In this document: positions 23,401 through 35,800 of the stretch, in pieces | Layout: each line of letters starts with the position of its first letter | Position numbering within the stretch: the first letter of the stretch is position 1 | DNA from: Chara braunii | Lineage: Eukaryota > Plantae > Charophyceae | DNA: 54,025 nt | Direction of reading: 5' to 3' | Assembly (NCBI GenBank): GCA_003427395.1 | Contig: BFEA01000010.1 | Coordinates: forward strand, 4,763,487 to 4,817,511 | Made by a program: the position numbers and the translations under genes | Notes under the pieces: model-generated | Database searches by the model: none | Told to the model about the DNA's origin: nothing | What the model saw: the letters and a program-made list of their open reading frames with translations, nothing else

Positions 23401-26400
23401 GACATTCGCTTAAGCTTGTCAGACCGAGAAGGTGGCGAAGTCATGAGGGCACCGCCCGGAACGAAGCTCAGCTTCCATGCACTGCCCGTGGGAAAGTTGA
23501 AAGTCCAGATTGGGACCCATCATACTGACGCACTAGTAGACGGGGTGTGGAAATCACGCTCATAAGAAGAGACTTCGCAATGATCACGGGCTGTACCGTA
23601 AATAAGGAGGTAACAGGAAGCATCCAGGGAGCCGACGGAGAAATTCCGTTCGCTGGGTACGTCACCAAATGCGAGGTCAAGGCTGGGGTCAGGGAGTCGA
23701 TCTGGTCGTTTCAGCGGATGACTGTAATGGAAGAAATGGACCACGACATAATCCTCCGGAGACCATGGTGCTCCAACGTAGAAATGATAGGCGTGCACTT
23801 GCACGATGGCACATACATGGTAGATATAGAGGACCCAGTGACTGGCCGGGGAGAGCTTCTCCGACTCCTTGGGACAGGTGGAGACCCTCCAAAGGGGAAA
23901 TTGGCAACTTTGTCATCTACGTTCGAGGAGAGTGCTCGAAAAGGAGCATTCGCCCGAACGGAGGGTATGAGAGAAAGAGTGAAAATCATGATCAAGGAAG
24001 CCTTTAGCAAAAAGGAATGGATTAAGATGGGTCTGCCTCTGAAGAAAAAGAGGCAAGAAGACGAAGTCTTAGGAATCATGGTGGCTGAGCAAGAGTCGGA
24101 AGTCAAACTTGGGGCCAGCTTGCCCAAACTGAAGGAATGGTGAAAGGAAACGCCGGGGGTAGCGGTCGAAATTCCGGACCTGTTACAACTCGTCAAGGCT
24201 ATTAGGTACCATAAAGTAGGGGTGGACCCGGCAGCACTTGCCAAATTTGAGGATGAGGTTCGAAAGAGCTACTGTTTGAACGGGAAGGTAGTCAACATCC
24301 AACCCCGCGTCGCAGAAATAACGAAGCCGAGTCCGACCGTTTATTTTTTAGAAGAATGATCCCAGAAGGAAGTGTTCGGAAGTATAAACCAGTAGGAAAG
24401 AAAGGTAAGCTGGTTCCGATCCTAGTGGAGACGTCAAAGGAGGAGGCCATGGAGAAAGAGGAGAAAATTTTGAAGGCAATAAGGGAGAGGCAAGCGGCGG
24501 AAGGGCATCGGATACCCGACGAGGTACCAGACACCATGAAAATATGAATAGATGGGTTCCTAACGGAGGAAGAAACCCGGCTGATAAAAAGGACATGCCA
24601 AGAATTTCACTTGGCATTTGCATTTAATGACCATCAGAAAGGACGATTGGAAGCGAAGCTAATTTCCCCCGTTAGGATCCACACGGTGGAGCATGAATGT
24701 TGGAACGACAAAGGGTCTGCCTACGAGTTCGGAATAGCAGCAGAGGTCACAAAATTACTCAGACCTAAGATAGATTCATTTGTGGTGGAACCCACTGCGT
24801 CCCCCTACGCGAACAAGTGGTTTGTTTTTCGGAAACCCAACAAGACACTCGGGTGGATCCAAGATTTGCAGAAGCTGACTGCAGTGACAATCCGAGATGT
24901 GGGATCGCTTCCACAAGCCGATCTGCTGGCAGAATCTCACGCTGGACGAAGCATTTACTCCCTGATAAACCTGTATTCAGGGTATGACCAGCTGCCACTA
25001 GATGTCAGGGATAGACCATACACTGCTATGCACACCCCTGTAGGGCAGCTGCAGATGCAGGTAACGCCTATGGGCTTTACGAACGCTATGGCGGAAGCGC
25101 AGAGGAGGATGCTTGCGGTAGCCGGGGACATGTTCCCAAAAAAATGCGAACCGTATATAGATGACAATCCTATAAAAGGCGCACACAACAAGGATGAGAC
25201 GGAGGTCCAACCGGGGGTTCGAAGATTCGTCTGGGATCACCTACAGGACATCAAGGATTTACTCCAGCGTTTCCTAGTATATAATATCACCGCTAGTGGA
25301 CCAAAGAGCATCCTCGCGGTCCCAGAGGTGACCATACTAGGGTTTCGCTGCGGGGCCTATAGAAGGAAGCCTGACCCGACAAAAACAGATAAGATCTTTC
25401 AATGGCCAACACCCTTGCGCACCACGACGGAGGTACGAGCCTTCCTGGGAGTGGTCGGGTTCTGGCGGATCTTTATCAAAAGCTTTGCCAAGATAGCCGA
25501 GCCTATTCGCGCGATGATTAGAGAAGAAGGAACTATGGAATGGACCGAGGAAAGGGAAGCAGCGGTCCAGACCCTCAAGGATATACTGACTTCTGACCAA
25601 GTCACCTTGGCAGCACCCTGTTTCAACGACGAAAAAAAACGACCGTTTATTTTGTAGACGGACGGAGGACCTTTGGCAGTAGGAGGTGTCCTAATACAGA
25701 AAGACGAGGAGAGCAAAGAAAGGCCAATTAGGTTCGAAAGTAGAACCCTGAACTCAGCAGAACGGCGGTACTCCCAATTCAAAAAGGAGGTTTTAGCCGT
25801 CCTACATTGCCTCAAAACCTTTCAAACGTACCTATTCGGAAGGCGGTTTATCTTGAGGATCGATCCGACCAACGTCGCGGGAGCATTAAAGAACTATAAG
25901 CCTATAGACCCGACTGTTGGGAGGTGGATAGGCTTTATCTGGCAATTCGATTACAAGATCGAGCGAATTGCGGGGCTCCGGAACAAGGCAGACGGGCTAA
26001 GTCGGATATGCATCACACCGGAAGGGGTAGAGGATGCGGAACCAATCGACGCCTTCTTGGAATACGAGGGAGGAACCCTCGCCGTGGACAATGAGATGAC
26101 GAGTCTCGCATGCACACGAGAAGAATTGTTGATTTAGACTTTGGAAAGAGGGCCGCCTGCCATAGTTGCGGAGCTCAGGGAAGGGTCAGTCACCACAGCG
26201 AGGCGTAGGGATGAAAAGGATTCGTGGGGGGCAGCAGTGGGGCCGAAAGAGGAGTTGATGACAATGGTCGTTGAAGGGGGTCGGCACGCCGTGATGTGCC
26301 TAGTTGAACCGTGGGCGCAAAGGGAGTTGAAGTATTTAGTGAATCAGACTAAAAAAAAGCGAGATATGAGCCAGGAAGGACAATAATTTTTCCTTGTACA

Positions 26401-26520
26401 GATGTATGACGGCATCTTCCGAGAGATCGGCCTGCTACTTATAGGGAACAAGCAGCCTATGGAAGTCAGCCTTAAGGCAAGAGAGGAAGCTGAAAAGTAT
26501 GTCTTGAGGAGCGGTCACCT
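23401..26520 (+). pseudogene. pol: protease, RT, RNase H; frameshifts and stops; integrase core absent
   Basis: PR: ALVDG/EITLI...HDIILRRPW. RT: NKWFVFRK, INLYSGYDQ (first Asp->Asn), PMGFTNA, YIDD at 25154. RNase H: FIL*TDGGPLAVGGVL, RFESRTLNSAERRYS, EVLA, RIDP, NKADGLSR. Confidence 0.93.
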
Positions 26521-26899
26521 GTAACAGTGTTTTCGTTAAAAGTGAAATTGTTTTCATGTTCAATTTTTTTTTCAAGTGTGAAATAACACATATAAGAGAG
26601 GAGCAAATGAGGAAAATAACTATGAAACAAGGCAAAATGGTGAAAACTTAGCATTGGAAATTTTGAGAAATATGTCATTTGGACAATAACATTTGAAAAT
26701 CGTGGAAAGCAATACCAACCATAGAAACTATTGTTAACCAACTATTGTCAACCATCAACAAAGTGTTCAATGACACATACAAACTATTGAGACTATTCTT
26801 AACCATGAACAAAGTGTTGCATGACACATACCACTTGAAACTGTTATTAACCATCAACAAAAGTGTTGAAGTGTTTCATACTCTGCGTATCTGGAATGT

Positions 26900-27708
26900 T
26901 CACTCATGCTGGACCATCGACAAAATGTCGAATGCAATTCTATGCCTCATATACGGGATGTTATCTTGCGAGAAATCGAATGGTGGAAAGTGACCTTTAG
27001 CTAGCAAAGATGCAAAACCTAACATAAAACCACCACAACTACAACCATCATGTTGGACGGGCATCCCATCAAGCGATGTCTCGAAAGATGTCGTAAGATC
27101 GTCCACATGATATGTTTCATGAAGATTTTGACGTTTGAACTCCATTCTAAAAAACGCGGCTCATACTTCAAGCGGTGCGAGGCGGTCGCCGCGAGGGAGA
27201 GAGTCTACAAGCTGGAATTGACACTTGCAACCGTCTATTCTAACACATGCCAAAGCCCAGTGGTTTCCAAAATTCAAAGGGATAAGTACGAAGTTAAAAT
27301 CAAAAATATTTTTTCCCCTGACCCACTTCATTCCCTCACAGTAAGCAATTTCTCTCGACGTTGCGGATGCCAATCTGACATAGAAAAAAGAATCTAAAAT
27401 ATACACAGATGGAATGTCCTTCGGACTCTCGTCTCTAATCTCTCCTCTAAACATCAAACTCTCTCTGGCATTATCGTTGTCGATCTGGATGGCTAGCAGA
27501 TACAAATTCACGGCTTCATCGTTCAACCATCCTTCTGCTTCAATGATGACCATGATGTCTTTCTTTTCCACCTTCCAGTCACCCTTGTGAACAACAATGT
27601 CGTATTCTTCATTATCTTCACTGGTGCTCACAACCCTTTTAACATACTGCATCTCGACCTCAGTGAGGCGTTGCGTTGCTAGAGGAATCTTGAACGACCA
27701 GCCAGACA
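26900..27708 (-). pseudogene. Ulp1/SENP-family cysteine protease (peptidase C48) domain, one in-frame TGA
   Basis: GWLNDEAVNLYL, ILDSFFY, VLIPLNFGNHWAL (His), LVDSL (Asp), PVQHDGCSCGGF (Gln/Cys), FDFSQDNIPYMRHRI. ORFs 27161..27724 and 26900..27145 are in frame. Confidence 0.93.
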
Positions 27709-28733
27709 CTGCATAGAAACACACAGGTAAACAACAACGGTATGTTTAAGACTTCCATACAAGTGGTGCCTTTCCGAAAATACATATAAGAAGCGAACAT
27801 GAGTTCATTACGGTGCTTGTTTGCGTACTTCGCTGTCGTTGCCGCTTTCCACAATAGACAAAGTGCAAACCTCACGGTGCAATTTCTTCCCTTGTTTCGT
27901 CCCTATCCCCACAGTTGTAAACATCCGTAGAGCAGCTGGCTTCACAAATGGGATCGTCACATGTTCGTCTCGTTTTTTAACTGTTTTTGGCAACAACGGC
28001 AACGTTGACAAGGCTTGCAAACCACGACATATAATATTCTTGTCTTTGTTCCTTTGCGAGTGCACGCGAGGCGCTTTCCACAGTCCTTTACGCATGTCTG
28101 CACGTTCATCAATGTAGAGACCACAATCATGACCGATAGTAACAAGCAATATGAGTGATGTTCGCTATAACATTATTAAAAATCCACCTAAACAACGTGA
28201 ATGTCAATGAACATTAATAGCAGTAAAATATTAAGAGTCAATCTTGTACTTCATAATATGAGTGACGCTCGTTATAACATTATTAAAAATCCACCTAAAC
28301 AACGTGAATGAGCACGCTACATATATGCAAATAAACATCGAGTATTTCCAATTAAGTGCGGCAGAAAAAAATGAAAAATCAACTCATGTTTTACACAAAA
28401 TATTACATAAATTTTCCCTACGTGAGATAAGCGCTCACCTCTGCGACTAACTGCAATTTTCCCTTCAATATCGTCTTTTTTCGCACCTCCCAACTGCCTT
28501 TCTCTGACAGGGGATTCTTCGATGGTTAAAACTGGAACAACTGGGCTCAACTGTTGGAGAGGAGTTTCAAGTTTGTTCTCTTTTCCTTCCTCCACAGGTG
28601 TGTGTTGCTCTGGAGTAGTCCGTACAATATGGCCTTCATCCTCTTCGATGTCGGGTGCTTGGATTGCTGCTTTTCCCATGAGCCCCTAAAGAGTGTCGTT
28701 TCTTCGTGCAGTAACACATACAACAGGCGAAAC

Positions 28734-29063
28734 CTGAGACCCTCCTTGCGCCTTCTCTGATGATATCGGACTTCGAAATTCGGTAGGAATGTCGAAGTCG
28801 CTGCCGAGGGTCTCTCCATGGAATAGACTGTTAGACTCGACTTCCGGTTCGAGCTCCCCCACAAACATGGTTTCCTCCATTGTTGTTGCCGTTCCGCATG
28901 CAATAGGCGCATCCTGAGACCCTTGTCGTGNNTTCTCCGTCAATATCGGACTTNGAAAATCNGTAGGAATNTCCAAGTCGCCTCTGAGTGTCTTTTCATC
29001 GAGCGGAGTGGTAGGCTCGACCTGCGGTTCNGTCACCCCCGCAAACATGGTTTCATCCATTGA
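28734..29063. repeat. 180-bp (60-codon) coding tandem duplication
   Basis: CAAACATGGTTTC at 28862 and 29042; MDETMFAG...GSQ vs MEETMFVG...GSQ. Confidence 0.85.
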
Positions 29064-30724
29064 TGTCCTAAGTCGCCCTTGACTTTCCAATCCGCATGAC
29101 ATAATATCCATAGACTCCCACATATGGTCATGCGGGCTGCCAATATTTGCCTTCTCGCCAACAGGGAAGACACTTGTGCCGCTGGCATCATACCATACAA
29201 CATCTGTCATTGTGGTACTTGTGAGTGTGAGTGTCGTGGTGGCACTTAGTCCACCTTCACAATCATCAACTTGTCTTTCTGCAGTGGACACTTTGACTTG
29301 CTGCGAACCACCGACATCGATACGTCCTCCTACAGGACCGCCGCTTCCCACGTGCTCGCGATGTGGTTGACCTCTTGTAGCACCTCTTGACGGCTGATTG
29401 GACGCAGGCCCTTGTGATGTCCCTCCACCTTCACCACTCCCTTTCTTATCATTTCCTCCCTCACCACCACTTGGGTGTCCAACTCCCTCTCCACTCGCAC
29501 CACCGCTAGAACCTTGTCCTTTTCCCCTTCGGTGTCGTCATCCTCCTCAATATGCTAGTTGTATCCATATGCCGGGCTTGTTACTCTATCATAAAATTTT
29601 TCCAAGTACTCAAATCTTCGTAATGCTTTGAGTTCCTGGAAAATCTGCTGCTTCCTTGTGTCCACTCTTGATGGGGAAACATTAGGATTGAGTCGAGAAA
29701 GCCGCATCTTGATCTGATCCTCTGCATGTGTATAAAACTTCGATTGCGCTATACGTCTGTGAGAACAAAATTGCCACTGCCCGTCTTGTTTTATTGCCAT
29801 CACCCATTGTCCTTTCCCCAATGCCGGTTGAAAATGTTGTGGATGCCACACGATGTCGTGACCCCACTTATCATCATCCATCATTGTATGGTCATCTCGA
29901 CAAACGATAGGCCCCATCAATAATGCGATGTCCGCGGGGATCTTATCCCCAATCTCATACTCATACTCCAGCACCTCTGCAGGTTCAGGTTCTTGTTGTG
30001 CGGTATGAGAACGAAGGAAACGTTGCAACAAAGCAGGGCTTTGTGCAAATCCTGTGAAACTCGTTAATAACTCGGGGGAGGGCTCAACACCGAACAAAGC
30101 TCTAAAGGCCGCCGCTGGATCGGACATCAATCCTGCAGATGATGACACTGTCGTTGCTAAAGCGGTCGTGCTGTCAGGAGGTGTAGTCAGTGGAAGTGTC
30201 GTTGTGTCGGCAAGCACGACACCAGAAATTCCAATTGAAGGAGTTCCTGATGACGTCCCTGTTGTAGCCATCTTTTGAGAAGACGAGGTACTTGTCCTTT
30301 CCCTTTCGCATGCCAAGGCCGTTTGCAAAGTACCATCGACACTTTCCTCTTCCGAATCTTCAGCATCGAACTCTTCACCCTCCGGAATGCAAGTTGCGTA
30401 GGCAGAGACTGTGAAAGCACCGATTCGTTCACCAAAATACATGATTTCCAATCGGTCGAGGAATGAAATCTCTTTGTCTGAAGAAGCTTTATGATAACCT
30501 CGTAGAAGGGTCTCAACTTTTCGCCTGCGAGCAACATATGCACGGTCTCTCCTGTTTTCAGGCCGCATCTCGAAAAGGAACTGCCAGATGTTCAACATAT
30601 TTTGACCCACTTTGTGCACAAAATCACGAGCTTCATCATGGCGGGGTGGTGGCTTGATGAATTTCGCATGATAATCTCGAGTGTCGACCATCTTGTTTAT
30701 GAATTGTACAAGGAAGTCGAACTT

Positions 30725-31465
30725 CATGTCCTCTCCTTCCAAAACTACGCAGTGGCAATTACTTCTTAATAGCTCCCACACCAAAGCTGCATGACCCTTT
30801 CCCAAAAACACAATAGCTTCATCCACTGGACATAAGTGTTCCAACGTCTTTACCATTGCATTTGGGTCCCTCTCCATTCCTTCATATACAACTTTTTCTT
30901 TCGGCTCCATACCCGCCATTTTCCACTTCGTTGGCAGAAAGTTCTTCTCCAATACATCCGTGAGCACCTTTGGCTTCCGCTCTCGCCGCGCAAGTGTGGA
31001 AATGTCAGTTGCTCGAGTACTGAAAGATGGTCCCGTTGGTTGGATATCTTCGAACAACGGTATTGTATTCCGGTGGTAGTCCCCATCATTGGAATACATA
31101 ATAAGCACCATTCTGTCCGCATCTTCCAATGACAAATTTGCAATCTTATACGGATGGCGGACCTTCTGTTGTTGTTGGCGAGTCCACTTCGCGACTGACA
31201 TGTGAATATCCGACTGGACCACCCGCCTGAAAAAGGTCAGCTCACAGGACCGCGGAATGAAGCATATCAGCGTCCAATACTCCCCTCCCACCATTTTCAT
31301 GAATTGCCAGAGTCCATCAAAAATCGGCTCTGTCCACTTGGCCATTTGAGTAGGATGGCACAAATCAAGCACTGTTGTGTAACATGTCAGATGTCGGATG
31401 ACCTCTTTACAATCCATGACATCTGAGACATCGCTAAGATCTGATTGGAAAGGAACAAAAATAGA
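30725..31465 (-). other. Beta-class N6A/N4C methyltransferase-like domain
   Basis: Motif order IV-TRD-I: MDCKEVIRHL..TTVLDLCH (DPPY position, degenerate), then ERDPNAMVKTLEHLCPVDEAIVFLGKGHAALVWELLRSNCHCVVLE (FxGxG SAM-binding loop and terminal acidic residue). Confidence 0.55.
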
Positions 31466-32534
31466 CTTCACATCTTGTTTTAGAAAGTGTATATATTTCG
31501 CTGCCCGGATAAGCGAATGCTCTTTGAACCTCGCATTGCTGACCTATGCAACAACTTCTCCACAAAACGCTCGAACTCTTTAGGACATTTCTCAGCAAGT
31601 TTTTTGGTTTTCTCAAAACCTTGTTCCCCTTTCTCATCTTGGCCTCCCAGAGTTAACGGGAATGACTTTATCCAAGGCAAATCTTTGAAATGTTGCCTCT
31701 GATCAACCCATCTCTCATATGTAAGGCCCTGATCGCGATAGTTGTCGAATAAATCAACCAGGTCCATGAAAAAAGGGTCCTTCCAATCGGACGGCTTCTT
31801 CGCCGCATTTGAAACAAAGACGAAGTAATGAAGCATTCGCAACATCACTCTCTTCGTCTTCACGACTTCAACATACGTTTCCATTGAATGCAACCCGGCA
31901 ACTTTCGCAGCTTTGCTTTGCTTTGGAACCAAGATCACAGCACCTCCTAAGACATCACACAAGATCTACAGTCGCTCACGCCTGCCCAAAGTGGAAAGTG
32001 ATTTCCATGACCTGACATCCGGATCATGAACAGGAACAAGGAAACCAGGTCCTTTCGTGCCTGGTATCCAATACACAGGAACTCTAGATCCATTCTTCAC
32101 CTCAAAACCGGGACCCGACTTTTGTGCTTTTCCTGCTTCGCCTTGTTTCGTGACAGGCTTCACCGCGTCTCTTCCAGATAGTTGTCCGCTTTCCCAAGCC
32201 GTATACACCTGCTCCACTTTTTCAAATACATCGTCAAATGCCCTAGCTAGGATCATGTAAGGACCGAGGAAGTCCGACCATTCCGAACTCCACTGACCAA
32301 GTGACATACTAATGTAATGATGTATACCAGTCACTCTAAGCGCCTCCCCTACAAATTTCCTATATTCCGCATTTTTGATATCATCTCCCTGCCCACCTTT
32401 GGCATCAAGACAGTCGGACGCCTTCCATAACTTCCTGATGTCTCGAACTACAATGCTCTGATGAGGCGGAGTGTTCCATTTGTCCTTTGCATTCTGGAAT
32501 GTGCTCAACGTTCCATAGTGATCCATGAACTGGT

Positions 32535-32965
32535 CCGGATAATAAACAGGTCTGGCCGTCCAATAATCTAGCCGCAACTCTTTTGACACAGCCGGATTTT
32601 CGCGAAAACATCTCCTTGCTGCCGCCACATTGTGTTGACCACTGAGAGGGTACCAAAAGTACTTATCCAGCGGCTTTTAGTGGAAGTCGTCAGGAGTAAC
32701 CCTTCTTGCTCGCACAACTTCACCCTTTGAGTTTGTATGAAGCTGGTCATGCACTGCCACTAACAACAATATAGGTTTCTCGTATAACGGACTTGTGCTC
32801 AACCCTGTCCTGCCTGTTGTCCTTTCATGAATAGCCGCTTCACCTGATATTACCATCGCTTCGTAGATCTCATCAACGTGATTTTGGCCGAGAAATCTCT
32901 GGTTATATCTAAACTCTTCATCTGGAATGTCCATAATCTTTCGGAATTCGACGGTGATAAACTGT
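32535..32965 (-). other. ParB/sulfiredoxin-like N-terminal domain
   Basis: VEFRKIMDIP..YNQRFL..HVDEIYEAM..G..KPILLL...WYPLSGQHNVAAAR...WTARPVY follows the ParB-N pattern (box I-like; GxxR box reads GQHN). Confidence 0.6.
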
Positions 32966-35009
32966 GTCTCGCTCTTTTGGGTGTCGTCTGGATTGAAGTC
33001 CAGAAAGAATCCCTTCCCGAGATGCAAAGTGGCTGGCTCACTTGGCGACAGTTGCAATCTTGATGGCCGCATGACAATTTTGCCTTTCCCCTCATCGCCA
33101 GACTGTGGCTGTTCAGAGGCGGGGAAAACTGTCGTCTTCTCCATCGTACCTCCCTTTGCTACTCTCTTTTTCCGCGCCGGCTTTTGTTTTGCAGCAGCTT
33201 CTGCATCGCGAGTACGTTGGACTGCTTCATCCATTGGCAGTGGCTGCACTTGTCTTTTCAGAGGTTGCTCCTTCCTGCTCCTTTTTTGGTCAATACTTTT
33301 TCTCCTCTCCTGCCTAGCTTTCCTTTTCTTATCCTCAACAGCCACAACCGACGATGATGTAGTTGTACCTTCTTTGGCTCCTGCATTCTCCTCTCTTGTT
33401 CAAATTTTCCACCGGGTTTGTGTTGCAGCTTGTCCACATGCCAACCCTCTTCTTGCTCCTGCACATCTTCATAGTGCTCGTCATCGCTCTTCTCCTTCCG
33501 CTCAATGCACAACCCAGCATGAACACTTGAGTGTCGTCGTCTCTCTAACTCCTTGGCTTGTGTCCGTTCATGGCCTTCCCTCTCACCAAAAGTTTGTTCA
33601 CTATCCTCTTTTTCCTCTCCTTGGCTTCCACCGCTTCTCTCCTGTGAACCTTCCTCTTCGTCTTCCCTCTCTGTTCCTTCTTTGTTGCTCCCTTCCTCCG
33701 AATCTCCGAAATACAAAGGCTTCTCATGACGTTGCATAGCACTGTACATGCTCGAGTGCTCCTCATGCCCTTGCACAGCGGCACCATACATACTCGACGA
33801 ACGCACAATGTCGTGCAGTACATCCAATGGCTTTTTCGCTGCTAAACCACGGATCTTCTTCGGCGCCGGCGGTGGAACCTGTGCATGAGCGGGGCCCTTG
33901 GAAGCGATCTGACCCGCTTTCGGGACAATCGCCGTGGACGCTGACGGCCGGAGAGATATGGCACCCACAGTTGGTCGCATTATTCCCGAAGACTGTCCTA
34001 GTGCAGCTGCTGACATAACACTTTTTGGTTTTGTCACGGCGTCATCCTTGTGAGCCACAGCCCCATGGCCTCGAATCACATTCGCGTCGAAGAACGCGAA
34101 CACTTCAATTAGATCAGACAATCTCAATTGAAGACTCGGATCTGGATTGAAGATATCCAAAAGTGATTTACCATATCCCTTATGGTTACTCCACCTGACA
34201 ACATGTTTCACATCCGGAACTCTCTGGCCTTTGCCGTTGAGGAGCATAGGCAATTCGAAAGTCACAAACTGATTGTCCCTCCCCACCCAAGACGCAATAC
34301 CGTCGACCGGTCTGAGTTGCTCTCACAAAACGACGAACAGAAGCAGACCACTTCCAGCCTGCCCGATATCGCCTGCCCAATCCAACATCCATAATTTGTC
34401 TTTGTAGTCAACAACAGGCTCGACGTCCGACACCCCATGCACAGACCTCTCGGCGGAGCCCGAATGCCGCGCTGTCTCTTCTGCGCATTGTCGACGACCA
34501 CCACTAGATCCTTGACCACGAACACCACCAGACCCTTGACCACGACCACCACCAGAACCTTGAGCACTCCCCACAATCCGGACATGGTGTTCTCCCTCCC
34601 TGCCTTGATCAGATCCCCGAGGGTGACTCCGCGCACCTGAAAGAGGTGTACCTGAAAGAGGCGTACGTCGCTGCACAGGCGTCTGCATCGCTGAGCTCGA
34701 TGACCGGCGCTGTACTGTCGCCCTAGATCCTGGCGTCTCTTCTTTATCCACCACGGTGACTGGGGTTCCCTTCAATTTTTTGGGCGAGTGCTCGACACTC
34801 GCAGAGCTCCTGGTTCTAGAGCGTTTCGCTTGTTGCTCTGTAGCATCCATTCTGCAGAGTCGAGTGGAGTCTAGTAACAGCCGAGCTGTCATGCCAAAAC
34901 AATCAACAAAGCAAAGCAGTAAATGCGAAACTCCTTCAAGGTGGACAAACATGCATTTGCACCACCCACTCTCAGAAGACAACTTTCGAATGACATTTCA
35001 CAGGATGAG

Positions 35010-35800
35010 GTTATCGTTTCCAACACGACAACGCCGAGAGACGAGCAATAGCCGAGACCTCGTAATCGTGGCGGACACGACAAGACTACTAATAGTCGAG
35101 ACCGCGTTATCATGTCCGACACGACAACCCGGATGGATATCAGTAATAATTCAGCTGTCGTTCAGAAACACATTCGACGGACAAATCCCCTTCGATCAAC
35201 ACTGCACTAGATAGCATTGTCGTGTCAGACGCGACAACCCGGCACAACGACTGGTGGCAAAGACCCACCCCCTACGATTGTCGTGTCGAACACGACAAGA
35301 GCATCCTGAGGAGCATAGTGGCAAACACCCACCCCCTGCGATACGACCATGCCGGAGAGCGGGTTAATGAGTGGGCTGTCCCGGCGAGCAGGGAATGAGT
35401 CCTGTGAATTGAAGAAGCGGACGAGTACTTTTCTTCAGTGGCTGGCGGCATCGAGCCACAGAGTCTTCAGTGCGCAGGACACATCCCCTCCTCGCCACGA
35501 CAACTTCGGGCAGTGGCATTGAGGAACCCTTAGTGATTGTCGGGTCGAACACGACGCGCACTCATTTCCGGAACGGTCGTGTCAAACACGACGATGATTC
35601 TCTCGGTTTCGACGCGACAGTCCCTGAGGGCGGGTCGCTGCCTCCATTGGAGGTTGTCAATAACGACTCGTGGTGGAAGGGCGGGTATTTCTCTTTTTCA
35701 GAGAGTGCAGATTTTTTTCACACAGAAAGAAGCTCTTGCGCAAGATGGTCGTGTCGAACACGACGATGTATGTCGAGGTTGTTGTCCTGTTCGACACGAC
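35010..35800. repeat. Palindrome array 1 (GTCGTGT-N3-ACACGAC), about 9 copies
   Basis: For example TTGTCGTGTCGAACACGACAA at ~35278; further copies near 35110, 35217, 35537, 35576, 35747 and 35782. Confidence 0.85.

Larger units (their letters stand above)
14363..26520 (+). mobile_element. Ty3/Gypsy LTR retrotransposon with a 5' accessory gene cassette, truncated before the integrase core
   Basis: Putative LTR, four paralogous ORFs, then gag-zinc knuckle-PR-RT-RNase H on one strand. The coding frame breaks off at ...YVLRSGHL (~26520) into AT-rich foreign sequence. Confidence 0.8.
26900..34850 (-). pseudogene. Giant multidomain gene (>2000 codons, decayed): ParB/Srx-like, beta-class DNA MTase-like, unknown domain, Ulp1 protease
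   Basis: ORFs 34323..34982 and 33258..34286 are in frame across one stop. After a frameshift at ~33380, ORFs 32677..33345, 31966..32628 and 31480..31962 share a frame. A frameshift at ~31490 leads into 29555..31471. Further pieces are 28686..29351, 28317..28679, 27808..28149 and 26900..27724, with AT-rich probable introns. Joining the Ulp1 part to the rest is inferred. Confidence 0.7.

Noticed and set aside
26515-26535. CACTA or hAT terminal inverted repeat at the junction (TGTAACAGTG)
   Set aside because: CAGTG is in the wrong orientation for a CACTA left end, and I found no matching partner end or TSD.
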